NCBI GenBank assembly: GCA_040882355.1
Contig: JBBEBM010000052.1
Location: 62,001 to 82,796 of the forward strand
Direction of reading: 5' to 3'
DNA: 20,796 nucleotides
Source of the DNA: Dehalococcoidia bacterium
GTDB lineage: Bacteria; Chloroflexota; Dehalococcoidia; DSTF01; RBG-16-68-14
Position 1 is the stretch's first letter. Each line of letters starts with the position of its first letter. The notes beneath the pieces are model-generated. The model did not search any database, had not been told where the DNA came from, and saw only the letters and a list, made by a program, of their open reading frames with translations. Shown here in pieces: positions 1 to 8,231 of the stretch. The position numbers were made by a program, and so were the translations under genes.

Positions 1-335
1 ATAGCACGATCGCCGTCGAGCGCGTGCTGATGGACGGGTTCGAGACGGTCGAGGCGCCGCTGCCCGCCGTCGCCACGGTCAGCAATGAGCTGGGCGAGCC
101 GCGCTACCCCAAGCTGCAACAGATCATGCAGGCCGCGCGCAAGCAAGTCACTATCTGGTCGGCGGCGGACCTTGGCCTGGACGCGAGCCAGCTCGGGCCG
201 GACGCGCGCAAGCTCACCCTGGAGCGCCTCTACATCCCGGTCTCAGACACGCAGGTCGAGATCATCGAAGGCGACACCCCGGACGAGAAAGCGCAGAATC
301 TCGCTCGCAAGCTGAGCGAAGCGAAGCTCATCTAG
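1..335 (+). CDS. etfB: Electron transfer flavoprotein beta subunit, C-terminal part (5' truncated by window)
   Basis: Translation ..VERVLMDGFETVEAPLPAVATVSNELGEPRYPKLQQIMQAARK..VEIIEGDTPDEKAQNLARKLSEAKLI matches the EtfB C-terminus (LPAV.TV..EPRYP); etfA lies downstream. Confidence 0.93.
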   Translation, partial: STIAVERVLMDGFETVEAPLPAVATVSNELGEPRYPKLQQIMQAARKQVTIWSAADLGLDASQLGPDARKLTLERLYIPVSDTQVEIIEGDTPDEKAQNLARKLSEAKLI

Positions 336-365
336 CAAAGCCCGGAGCCAGGAGGAGGACTGCGG

Positions 366-662
366 ATGTACGGCACCGTCGGACACATGAAGGCGAAGCC
401 CGGCAAGCTTGACGAGATCATCGCGCTCACCACGGGCATGGTCGATCGCCGCAAGCCGAAAGGCTACCTCGGCGAGTACGTGTACCGGCTCGACAGCGAT
501 CCGGACGAGTTCATGCTCGTCGTTCTGTTCGAAAACCAGGAGAGCTACTTCGCGAACGCGCAGGACCCGGCGCAGGACGCGGAGTACCGGAAGCTTCGCG
601 AGCTGCTCGCCGCCGACCCGCACTGGCACGACGGCGAAGTGATCCACAGCCACCTCGAGTAG
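366..662 (+). CDS. Antibiotic biosynthesis monooxygenase (ABM)-like dimeric alpha/beta barrel protein, 98 aa
   Basis: Strong SD (AGGAGGAGG) before ATG; ABM-like pattern MKAKPGK..GYLGEYVYR.DSDPDEFMLVVLFEN.ESY. Confidence 0.75.
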   Translation: MYGTVGHMKAKPGKLDEIIALTTGMVDRRKPKGYLGEYVYRLDSDPDEFMLVVLFENQESYFANAQDPAQDAEYRKLRELLAADPHWHDGEVIHSHLE

Positions 663-702
663 CGCGGCCGCTCGTTGAGAATTCAGCCCTGAGGAGTAGA
701 CG

Positions 703-1680
703 ATGGCAGTCACGATTCTCGTCGTAGGTGAGGTAGCCGAAGGAGCGCTGGTGCCGATCAGCGCCGAGATGCTGGGCGCCGCCCGGCGGCTGAACGCCGG
801 CACCGTCGGCTGCGCGCTTACAGGCGCCGGCGTCGAGGCGTTGGCGAAGGACGCGATAGCGTTCGGCGCGGACGAGGCTTACGTCGTCGACGACACGCAG
901 CTCGCCGAGTACAACAGCGACGCTTACATCCAGGCGATGCAGAAGGTGGTCGAGCAGGCCTCGCCGTCGATCTTGCTCTTCGGTCAGACGAACCTCGGCC
1001 GCGATCTCGCGCCGCGACTCGCGTTCCGCCTGAACACCGGCGTCGTCATGGACAGCACGGAGCTGGCAATGGCGGGCGACCGCCTCGCCGCCACCCGCCC
1101 CGCTTACGGCGGCAACGCGCGCGCTGTCAACGTCGTGCGCGGCAACCCGCAGATCGCGACCGTCCGCGCGAAGTCACAGGACGCGCTGGAGCGCGACGAC
1201 TCGCGTCAGGGCCAGGTGACGAAGGTCGACGCCGGCATCGACGCCTCGGCGATCCGCGTGAAGGTCACGGAGCGCAAGCCGCTCGCTGCGGAGGGCATTC
1301 GCCTGGAGGACGCCGACACCGTCGTCTCGGGCGGGCGGGGCATGGGCGGCCCCGAGAACTTCGACGTGATCGAGGAGCTGGCGCACGCGCTCAACGGCGC
1401 TGTCGGCGCGAGCCGCGCCGTCTGCGACCTGGGCTGGCGCCCGGTCTCCGACCAGGTTGGCCTCACCGGCAAGGTCGTGAGCCCCACGCTCTACATCGCC
1501 GTTGCGATCTCCGGCGCCAGCCAGCACATGGCCGGCTGCTCCGGCTCGAAGAACATCGTCGCGATCAACAAGGACGCGGATGCGAACATCTTCAAGGCCG
1601 CGCGCTTCGGCATCGTGGAGGACTACGCGAAGGTGATGAAGCCGCTGATCGAAGCCGTGAAGAAGGAAAAGGGCAGCTAG
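703..1680 (+). CDS. etfA: Electron transfer flavoprotein alpha subunit
   Basis: SD GAGGAG; motifs [46 protein letters not shown]. Confidence 0.97.
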   Translation: MAVTILVVGEVAEGALVPISAEMLGAARRLNAGTVGCALTGAGVEALAKDAIAFGADEAYVVDDTQLAEYNSDAYIQAMQKVVEQASPSILLFGQTNLGRDLAPRLAFRLNTGVVMDSTELAMAGDRLAATRPAYGGNARAVNVVRGNPQIATVRAKSQDALERDDSRQGQVTKVDAGIDASAIRVKVTERKPLAAEGIRLEDADTVVSGGRGMGGPENFDVIEELAHALNGAVGASRAVCDLGWRPVSDQVGLTGKVVSPTLYIAVAISGASQHMAGCSGSKNIVAINKDADANIFKAARFGIVEDYAKVMKPLIEAVKKEKGS

Positions 1681-1743
1681 CGCTGTTGCGAACGACTCGC
1701 TAATGTCTCTCTTCCCACCCGCCCACCCAGGAGAGTTGTTAGT

Positions 1744-1797
1744 TCTGGGGGACACCCCAGACTCCCGGCAGCGGGGCTCCGCCCCCCTACACTCCCC
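1744..1797. repeat. GC-rich double-hairpin intergenic element (REP/MITE-like)
   Basis: TCTGGGG-GACA-CCCCAGA (1744-1761) followed by GGGGC-TCC-GCCCC (1773-1785), downstream of the etfA stop. Confidence 0.5.
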
Positions 1798-1834
1798 GTT
1801 CCCGGACGCCCACTCCGCAGGAGCGACCACTTGA

Positions 1835-1858
1835 GAAGCTGCGGATTTCAATCCGCGG
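1835..1858 (+). repeat. 20-nt hairpin/palindrome, REP-like or operator (copy 1)
   Basis: GAAG-CTGCGGATT-TC-AATCCGCGG; aligns with the hairpin at 16067-16090. Confidence 0.5.
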
Positions 1859-1877
1859 AAGGCGATACCACTCAACC

Positions 1878-2642
1878 ATGAGCGAACTCAGCAAGCTGCT
1901 GCGAAAGATCTCGCGCCATGAGCCCGCGCCGCTGGGATTCGGGCGCGGCCCCACCAAGCGCGCCCCCACGATGCTGCTCGCCGCCATCGCGAGCGAGCGC
2001 TGGGCGCAGGGCGTCGCCGACGCAGTCGCCGGCGGCGCCGACTTCGTCCTGCTTGCCGGCCGGCCGAACGCCAAGGATCTCGCTGAGGCAGTCGCCGGAG
2101 CGGACGGAATGCCCTGCGGGCTGCTCGCCGGCCAGTCCGAGGCAGCAGACGTATCGAAGTTGCGCGACGCTGGTCTCGATTTCGTCGCTGTCGAGCCGCA
2201 AGCGCCGGCAAAGACGCTGGCGAATGAGGAACTGGGCCTCGTCCTCCACCTGAAGGACGACCTCACGGACATCCAGCTCCGCACCATCGAGCCGCTGCCC
2301 TTCGACGCGATCTACTTCGAGCGCGACGCGTCGCCGCTCAGCATTATGCATCAGATGGAGCTGCAGCGCGTGAGCGGACTCGCTCGCAAGCCGCTGCTGA
2401 TGGTCGCGCATCCCGACGTCGAGCAGGACGACCTGCTCTGCCTGCGCGACGCCGGCGCCGTCCTTGTCGCGCTCGACCTGAAGGAGCGCGGCGCGGTCGA
2501 GGCGCTCTCCCGCCTGCGCGGCCTGATCGACGCGCTGCCGCCCCGCAGAAAGCCCCGACGTGAGGACCGCACCCAGGTCACCCTCCCGGGCGCCGCTCAC
2601 GAGAGCGAGAGCGACGACGAGGACGACTTCGAGGACGAGTAA
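1878..2642 (+). CDS. Hypothetical protein, probable TIM-barrel (HpcH/HpaI-like) fold, with an acidic C-terminal tail
   Basis: 254-aa ORF with typical codon usage; N-terminal PAPLGFG; alternating beta/alpha segments (GADFVLL, GLDFVAV, FDAIYF, KPLLMV, GAVLVAL); fold is inferred. Confidence 0.7.
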   Translation: MSELSKLLRKISRHEPAPLGFGRGPTKRAPTMLLAAIASERWAQGVADAVAGGADFVLLAGRPNAKDLAEAVAGADGMPCGLLAGQSEAADVSKLRDAGLDFVAVEPQAPAKTLANEELGLVLHLKDDLTDIQLRTIEPLPFDAIYFERDASPLSIMHQMELQRVSGLARKPLLMVAHPDVEQDDLLCLRDAGAVLVALDLKERGAVEALSRLRGLIDALPPRRKPRREDRTQVTLPGAAHESESDDEDDFEDE

Positions 2643-2702
2643 GTCCCTCGTGAGCTGTTGGCCGGCCTGCCGAATACCGCCTTCTCGGGCCGCAGGATAC
2701 TC

Positions 2703-2912
2703 CTAAGAGGGGAGATCGGGCGTCGTAATCAGGTAATCGACCAGCACCTCAGCCAGCTCTCGTCCTTCGTCTTCGGCCTTGCGCAACATGGCTTCGATCA
2801 ACTCCAGCTCCAGTTCAATGATGAACCGCCCGTCCGCATCCTGCGCGATAGGAAGAGAGCCGCGCTCCTCCAAGAGCCGGGCGTGCGCCTCCTTGAGCTC
2901 AATCCTGATCAC
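2703..2912 (-). CDS. Small acidic hypothetical protein, 69 aa
   Basis: Fills the gap between two + strand genes; GTG start with a purine-rich upstream segment (GAGAGTGGA); protein-like composition. Confidence 0.55.
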   Translation of the reverse strand: MIRIELKEAHARLLEERGSLPIAQDADGRFIIELELELIEAMLRKAEDEGRELAEVLVDYLITTPDLPS

Positions 2913-2961
2913 GATCGTCCACTCTCACGTGCCAGCGCCGTCCGCCTAGCATGCGTGACAG

Positions 2962-2991
2962 TTGACCCCACGCGCCGTCTCCGTCTAGGCT
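2962..2991 (+). promoter_or_regulatory. Putative sigma70-type promoter for the 3029 gene
   Basis: TTGACC-N18-TAGGCT, followed by SD AAAGGAG and GTG at 3029. Confidence 0.4.
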
Positions 2992-3028
2992 GGCCTCAGA
3001 TAGCGCGCCGAGCGAAAGGAGTCGGGCA

Positions 3029-3625
3029 GTGTTCTTCCTCCTCACCCCCTGGCGCATCATCGGCACGCTCTTTGGGCTCCTCGCGATCGGCATTCCTGCG
3101 CTAGCCCTGCTCTTCTTCTTCCTCGCGCTAACCGGCACCCCCGGCTCCTGCGAAGCCGAGGGCCGGCCGATCGCCGGCACCATCCAGGAGGCCGGCGTAT
3201 TCGACACCAAGTGGAAGCAGCTCAACCTCGCGCTCAACTCCGGGTCGCCCTCCACCGCCACCTTCGCCGAAGGTGAGGCCACCGGTCGCGCCCGGCTGTG
3301 GGTTGACGCGAACGACGTGCCGGTATCGGAGCTGTTCCTCTGCTTCAGCACCGCTAACGGCGGCCAGGCATCCGGCAAGATCGATGTGCCGTTCTTCCCA
3401 GGCGACGTCGACGTCCTCATTGCGGGTACCGTCGACCTCACCGGCGAGCACCCAAATGCGGATATCGAGGAGTTCGAGGTGGGCGGCCTGCCCGGCCCGA
3501 TGACCAACCTGGTCGAAGGCTTCATCAACAGCCTGATCGACGACCAAGAGGGCAAGATCGACCTCACGCACGACTACGCCGCTACGTTCGGCGACGGAAC
3601 TGTCACGATCAGCGGACAGCCCTAA
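3029..3625 (+). CDS. Membrane-anchored exported hypothetical protein (LmeA/DUF2993/DUF2140-like fold possible)
   Basis: SD AAGGAG; long hydrophobic N-terminus, then a beta-rich acidic domain ending GDGTVTISGQP; two Cys. Confidence 0.75.
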   Translation: MFFLLTPWRIIGTLFGLLAIGIPALALLFFFLALTGTPGSCEAEGRPIAGTIQEAGVFDTKWKQLNLALNSGSPSTATFAEGEATGRARLWVDANDVPVSELFLCFSTANGGQASGKIDVPFFPGDVDVLIAGTVDLTGEHPNADIEEFEVGGLPGPMTNLVEGFINSLIDDQEGKIDLTHDYAATFGDGTVTISGQP

Positions 3626-3648
3626 AAGGTACGCGGGAACCGGGACAG

Positions 3649-4389
3649 ATGAAGCAGCAATCGCGGTCACGCGTGAACGACCCCGCCACGGTCCTGCGCG
3701 AGTACGCGACGGAGGACCGGTTCCTCGCGCGTCGCCTGACCACGTGGGCTGAACTGTCCGGGCCCCTGGTCGAGGACGCGACCGTCGACGCCGTTGGCGA
3801 AGGCCGGCCCGACCGCGTGCTCGAAGTCGGGTGCGGTACCGGCGATTTCTCGGCGCGGCTCCAGCGCGAGGTTGCGATCGACCTCGTAGCACTGGATCTC
3901 TCGGCCAAGATGGTGGCCCTCACGAGTGCTCGCGGCCTCAACGCGCTGCGGGCCGACATCGAGGCGCTTCCTTTCGGCGACGAGCGGTTCGATTGCGTGC
4001 TCGCGAACCGCGTCCTCTACCACGTGCCAGACCTCGATCAGGGCCTCGCCGAGATCGCGCGGGTACTGCGGCCCGGCGGAACGCTCGTCGCGGTCACGTA
4101 TTCGGCGGACCACCTCCGCGAGCTCTCGGACCTGATCCGCGCATCCCCCATCGCGACCACCTTCTCGACGGAGAACGGTGCGACCGGCCTATCGCGACAC
4201 TTCCACCCTGTCGAACGCCGAGACTTCACAGGCAACGCCCGCTTCCCCAGCGCGGCGGCCATCCGCGGCCTCCTCGAGGCGTACGGCGACTTCGCCGACG
4301 TAGACCTCAGCGTTGGCCTTGGAGATGTTCAGACCCCGTTCGATGCGACCTACCGGCACGCGATCTTCGTCGCGCACAAGCGCAGCTAG
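3649..4389 (+). CDS. Class I SAM-dependent methyltransferase (start may be GTG 3673)
   Basis: Motif I VLEVGCGTG, ALDLS, ADIEALPF.DERFD, EIARVLRPGG. Confidence 0.92.
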   Translation: MKQQSRSRVNDPATVLREYATEDRFLARRLTTWAELSGPLVEDATVDAVGEGRPDRVLEVGCGTGDFSARLQREVAIDLVALDLSAKMVALTSARGLNALRADIEALPFGDERFDCVLANRVLYHVPDLDQGLAEIARVLRPGGTLVAVTYSADHLRELSDLIRASPIATTFSTENGATGLSRHFHPVERRDFTGNARFPSAAAIRGLLEAYGDFADVDLSVGLGDVQTPFDATYRHAIFVAHKRS

Positions 4390-4417
4390 GCGATCCGTCC
4401 TCGGAGCTGTCCCGGCA

Positions 4418-5260
4418 CTACGACTCTCGAATTCGCGCCCGGCGCAGCTCGGATAGCTTGCGGCCCGTGCCGCCGCGGCGCACGGCGATGATCTCGGCGA
4501 TCACGCTCACGGCGATCTCCTCTGGCGTCTCCGCCCCGATGTCGAGGCCGAGCGGTGTGTGGACGCGCTCAAGGGCCTCGCGCGGGTGGCCCTCGCGCGC
4601 GAGGTGCGTGAGCACCGTGCTCACGCGCCTCTGACTGCCGATCATGCCCACGTACGCCGCGCCCGACGAGACGACCTCCCGCAGTGCGAGCTCGTCCTGC
4701 TTGTGCCCGCGCGACACGAGCACGATGTATGTGGCGTCGTCGATGGTGAGGCCGCGCAGCTCCTCGACCGTGTCGCCGCAGACGACGCGGTCGGCCATCG
4801 GAAAGCGCTCGGCGTTGGCGAACACGGAGCGGTCGTCGAGCACGACGACGGAGAAGCCGACGTGCGCCGCGATCGTCGCGATGGATAGGCCGACGTGCCC
4901 CGCGCCGACGACCAACAGCGTCGCCGGGCGCTCCGTTACCTCGATCATCACCTCGAACGTCTCCGGCCCCGCCTCGTGGCGGTCGACGCGCGCGGCGTCG
5001 GACGCGTAATGAAGCGTCTCGACCTGCGCGCGCGGGCGAGTCGTCAGAGCAGCGTGGGCGTCCGCGACCACCGCCGCCTCCAGCGGCCCGCCGCCCAGCG
5101 AGCCAAGGCGCGAGCCGTCCGTCCGCACCAGCACTTTGGCGCCGGCGGCCGGCGCTGCACCCTCCGGCGCGCGGATCACGGTCGCGACAGCAACGGGCTG
5201 GCCACCCTGCGCCGCTTCGATCACCTCGCGCGCGATCCGTCCTCGTGTGCCGTCACTCAT
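4418..5260 (-). CDS. xdhC: XdhC/CoxI family molybdenum cofactor insertion accessory protein
   Basis: ATVIR..G..P..GAK, GSLGGGPLE, VVGAGHVG, DDR..FAN.ERFP, RGH..D, YVGMIGS.RR, PLGLDIGAETPEEIAVS. Confidence 0.93.
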   Translation of the reverse strand: MSDGTRGRIAREVIEAAQGGQPVAVATVIRAPEGAAPAAGAKVLVRTDGSRLGSLGGGPLEAAVVADAHAALTTRPRAQVETLHYASDAARVDRHEAGPETFEVMIEVTERPATLLVVGAGHVGLSIATIAAHVGFSVVVLDDRSVFANAERFPMADRVVCGDTVEELRGLTIDDATYIVLVSRGHKQDELALREVVSSGAAYVGMIGSQRRVSTVLTHLAREGHPREALERVHTPLGLDIGAETPEEIAVSVIAEIIAVRRGGTGRKLSELRRARIRES

Positions 5261-6342
5261 ACGTTGAACAGGATGTTGATCAGCTCGCCGTCCTTCACGA
5301 CGTACTGCTTGCCTTCGGTACGTAGCAGCCCGCGCTTGCGCGCTTCAGGCCAGGAGCCGCAGTCCAGCATCTCCTGGCAGCCGATCACCTCGGCGCGGAT
5401 GAAGCCGCGCGCGATGTCGCTGTGGATCTTGTTCGCCGCGTCCAGCGCGCTCCCGCCTTCGGGGAGCGCCCAGGCGCGACCCTCGGTTTCGCCCACGGTA
5501 AAGAACGCGAGCAGGCCAAGCACGCGCTGCGCCGCCTGCGCCAGCCGGCCGGCGCCGTCGTCGCTCAGCCCCATGTCTGTGCGAAACTCCGCAGCCTCCT
5601 CCTCCGAGAGCTCCGCCAGCTCCTGCTCCAGCTTCGCGCACAGGGCGACGACCTCCATGCCGGGGCCAGCCCAGCGCTGCGAGAAGTCGGCCTCGATCTC
5701 GCTCATGCGCGGCGCATCGGACTCGTCGACGTTCACCGCGAGGAGGAGCGGCTTGCTGGTGAGAAGCTGGTAGCCGCTGATGGTGCGTCGCTCGTCCGGC
5801 GAGAGCTCCTGCGCGCGCAGGGGCTCCTCGCGCTCAAGCGCCTCGCGGAGACGCTGCAGCAGCACCAGCTCGCGTTCGCCGGCCTCCCGCTCGCCTGGAC
5901 GGCCCGACCGCACGGATATCTCCAGCCGTTCGTGACGCCGCTCCAACGCGGCCGCGTCCCCGTAGGCCAGCTCCAGGTTCACGCTGGCGATGTCGCGGTC
6001 CGGGTCGACGCTGTCCTGCGGGTGCGGCACGGATTCGTCGTGGAAGGCCCGCACCAGGTGCACGAGCGCGTCGCACTGGGCGAGCGCGGCCAGGTACGCG
6101 GGCGGCGCCTCACCCCGCAGCGAGAGGCTACCCGGGAAGTCGAGCCAGCGCAGCTCCAGGTGGGTGATCTTGCGCGAGTTGAGCAGCGCGGAGAGGCGGT
6201 CCAGCCGGTCGTCCGGCACCTTGACGACGCCCAGGTTCGGTTCGAGGGCACCGTAGGAAGCGCTCGCGGCGTGGCCGCGGGTCACGGCGCGAAAGAGCGT
6301 CGTCTTGCCCGACTGCTCCAGTCCGATGATGGCCAGGTCCAT
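5257..6342 (-). CDS. ychF: YchF/Obg-family NTPase, divergent (C-terminal TGS-like DUF933 domain)
   Basis: Start re-assigned to ATG 6342 (MDLAIIGLEQSGKTTLF); KVPDDRL, LLTSKP, FFTVG, RAW, IHSDIARGFIRAEV, EGKQYVVKDG..FNV. Confidence 0.9.
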   Translation of the reverse strand: MDLAIIGLEQSGKTTLFRAVTRGHAASASYGALEPNLGVVKVPDDRLDRLSALLNSRKITHLELRWLDFPGSLSLRGEAPPAYLAALAQCDALVHLVRAFHDESVPHPQDSVDPDRDIASVNLELAYGDAAALERRHERLEISVRSGRPGEREAGERELVLLQRLREALEREEPLRAQELSPDERRTISGYQLLTSKPLLLAVNVDESDAPRMSEIEADFSQRWAGPGMEVVALCAKLEQELAELSEEEAAEFRTDMGLSDDGAGRLAQAAQRVLGLLAFFTVGETEGRAWALPEGGSALDAANKIHSDIARGFIRAEVIGCQEMLDCGSWPEARKRGLLRTEGKQYVVKDGELINILFNV

Positions 6343-6425
6343 GGCAGGTTCAGAGTATCGCGGGTGGATCGGGGTGTCTACGAGCCTTGCCCGCCATCGG
6401 AGGCCGCTGCTAGACTGCCGCCGCC

Positions 6426-6824
6426 GTGACGAACGCACCAGCAGCCGCCGGCCTACCCATCGAGGCAGCAGCGCGTGCCGCGAACGAGGACCCGGAGTTC
6501 CGCATCGCCGCGCGTTTTTGGGACGCGACGCTCCGCTTCGTCATCGATGACACCTCCTACGCGCTGCGCATCGCCAGCGGCGAGATCGTCGAGACGGCGC
6601 CATGCGCTCCCGACGCTCCGTGCGACGTTTCGTTTTCGGCGACAACTGACGTGTGGAGCGAGCTGCTCGCGCCCGTCCCGAGGCCCTTCTACCAGGACCT
6701 GTTCGGCGCGGCCCGCTACCACGGCCTGCGCATGGAGGGCGACCTCGGGAGCTTCTTCCCCTACTATCCGGCCATGCGCCGTTTCGTCGACCTGATGCGC
6801 GCGGCGAGAGGAACGGCGGACTGA
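6426..6824 (+). CDS. SCP2/sterol-carrier-like hypothetical protein, 132 aa
   Basis: Pattern A..ANEDPEF..AARFW..LRI.SGEI..DVSFSA..VW..LRMEGDL resembles the SCP2 fold; its stop overlaps the next start (TGATG). Confidence 0.7.
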   Translation: MTNAPAAAGLPIEAAARAANEDPEFRIAARFWDATLRFVIDDTSYALRIASGEIVETAPCAPDAPCDVSFSATTDVWSELLAPVPRPFYQDLFGAARYHGLRMEGDLGSFFPYYPAMRRFVDLMRAARGTAD

Positions 6825-7672
6825 TGCCACGATTCGACGACGCCCGCGGACGCTACATCTACCTCACGATCGACGGCACCGAGTACCGCGTCTACTTCGA
6901 GGAGAACGGCGCGGGCGTGCCGCTGCTGCTCCAGCACACGGCGGGCGCCGACGGCCGTCAGTGGCGACACCTGCTCAACGACGCCGAGGTCGCGACGCGG
7001 TTCCGCATGGTCGCGTACGACCTGCCCTACCACGGCAAGTCCGTGCCGCCGGAACGCAAGGAGTGGTGGCGGGAGGAGTACAGGCTCACGAAGGACTTCC
7101 TGATGAAGGTGCCCGTGGCCCTGTCGCGCGAGCTGGGGCTTGAGCGGCCCGTCTTCATGGGCAGCTCGATCGGCGGGCACCTCGCCGTCGACCTCGCGCT
7201 GCACTACCCCGACGCCTTTCGCGCGGTCGTCGGCCTGGAGGCGGCGCTGGCCACGCCCGGCGCCTACCTGGACCAGTGGTACCACCCCCGCATCAGCAAC
7301 GACTTCAAGGCGAGCGTGATGTACGGCTTGATGTCGCCGACGAGCCCCGAAGCGTACCGCCGCGAGACGGCGTGGGTCTACAGCCAGGGCGCGCCGCCCG
7401 TCTTCAAGGGCGACCTCTACTACTACGCCGTCGACCACGACCTGACGGAGACGGCGCGTCAGATCGACACGGCGAAGGTCGCCGTCTACATCCTCACCGG
7501 CGAATACGACACGGCGAGCCCGCCCGCGCTGGGACAGGCGCTGGCGGAGCGTATCCCCGGCGCGACGTTCCAGACGATGGAGAAGCTGGGTCACTTCCCA
7601 ATGAGCGAGGACCCCGCCCGGTTCAAGTCGTACGTCTGGCCGGTGCTGCAGGAGATCGCAGGCCGCGCCTAG
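6824..7672 (+). CDS. Alpha/beta hydrolase
   Basis: Start at ATG 6824; LQHTAG oxyanion region, YDLPYHGKS, nucleophile elbow GSSIGG, TGEYD, catalytic His in LGHFPMSE. Confidence 0.92.
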   Translation: MPRFDDARGRYIYLTIDGTEYRVYFEENGAGVPLLLQHTAGADGRQWRHLLNDAEVATRFRMVAYDLPYHGKSVPPERKEWWREEYRLTKDFLMKVPVALSRELGLERPVFMGSSIGGHLAVDLALHYPDAFRAVVGLEAALATPGAYLDQWYHPRISNDFKASVMYGLMSPTSPEAYRRETAWVYSQGAPPVFKGDLYYYAVDHDLTETARQIDTAKVAVYILTGEYDTASPPALGQALAERIPGATFQTMEKLGHFPMSEDPARFKSYVWPVLQEIAGRA

Positions 7673-8163
7673 CCCTCCAAAGCGTAGGTCGAGTTCAGCA
7701 GAGCGGCGCAGAAGAGGATGGCGAGCGACAGCAGCAAGATCGAGCCAGAAATCATCATGGAAACACGCCGCATCGAGGCGAGCTGCGCCTCGTCGGCGAC
7801 CGACTCTGACATCTGCAGCATGCGCGGCCCGATGACGAAGCTGTGCACGGCAGTGAGCAGCACAACGACGATCAGCAGCGTCATCTTCACCTGGAAGATG
7901 ATGCCCCAGTTGAGATCGAAAAGGATGTCGAGGTCGACGTCCTGCTCGTAGACGTTGGCGATGCCCGTGATCACCAGCACCGCGAGCGCGCCCCAGCCCA
8001 GATAGCCGAAGCGCGTCGTGATCACGCGCATCACCTGCGCTCGCTGGCGCGCGTCCTCGATCGTGCGGACGGCGGGCACGGCGGCGATGAACAGGAAGAA
8101 CTGTGGGCCCACCCAGATCGTCGCAGCCAGGATGTGCAGCCAGGGGTTGATCGCATCGGCCAT
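7669..8163 (-). CDS. CopD/DUF4149-like integral membrane protein (4 TM)
   Basis: SD AAAGGAG; WLHILAATIWVG motif, LVITG, KMTL; four hydrophobic segments. Confidence 0.8.
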   Translation of the reverse strand: MADAINPWLHILAATIWVGPQFFLFIAAVPAVRTIEDARQRAQVMRVITTRFGYLGWGALAVLVITGIANVYEQDVDLDILFDLNWGIIFQVKMTLLIVVVLLTAVHSFVIGPRMLQMSESVADEAQLASMRRVSMMISGSILLLSLAILFCAALLNSTYALEG

Positions 8164-8231
8164 CGGAACGCGCTCCTTTCGTCACGCACAGAGTGCCATA
8201 GCCGGGCGTGGAGGGCTAGGGCGAGGCGTTC

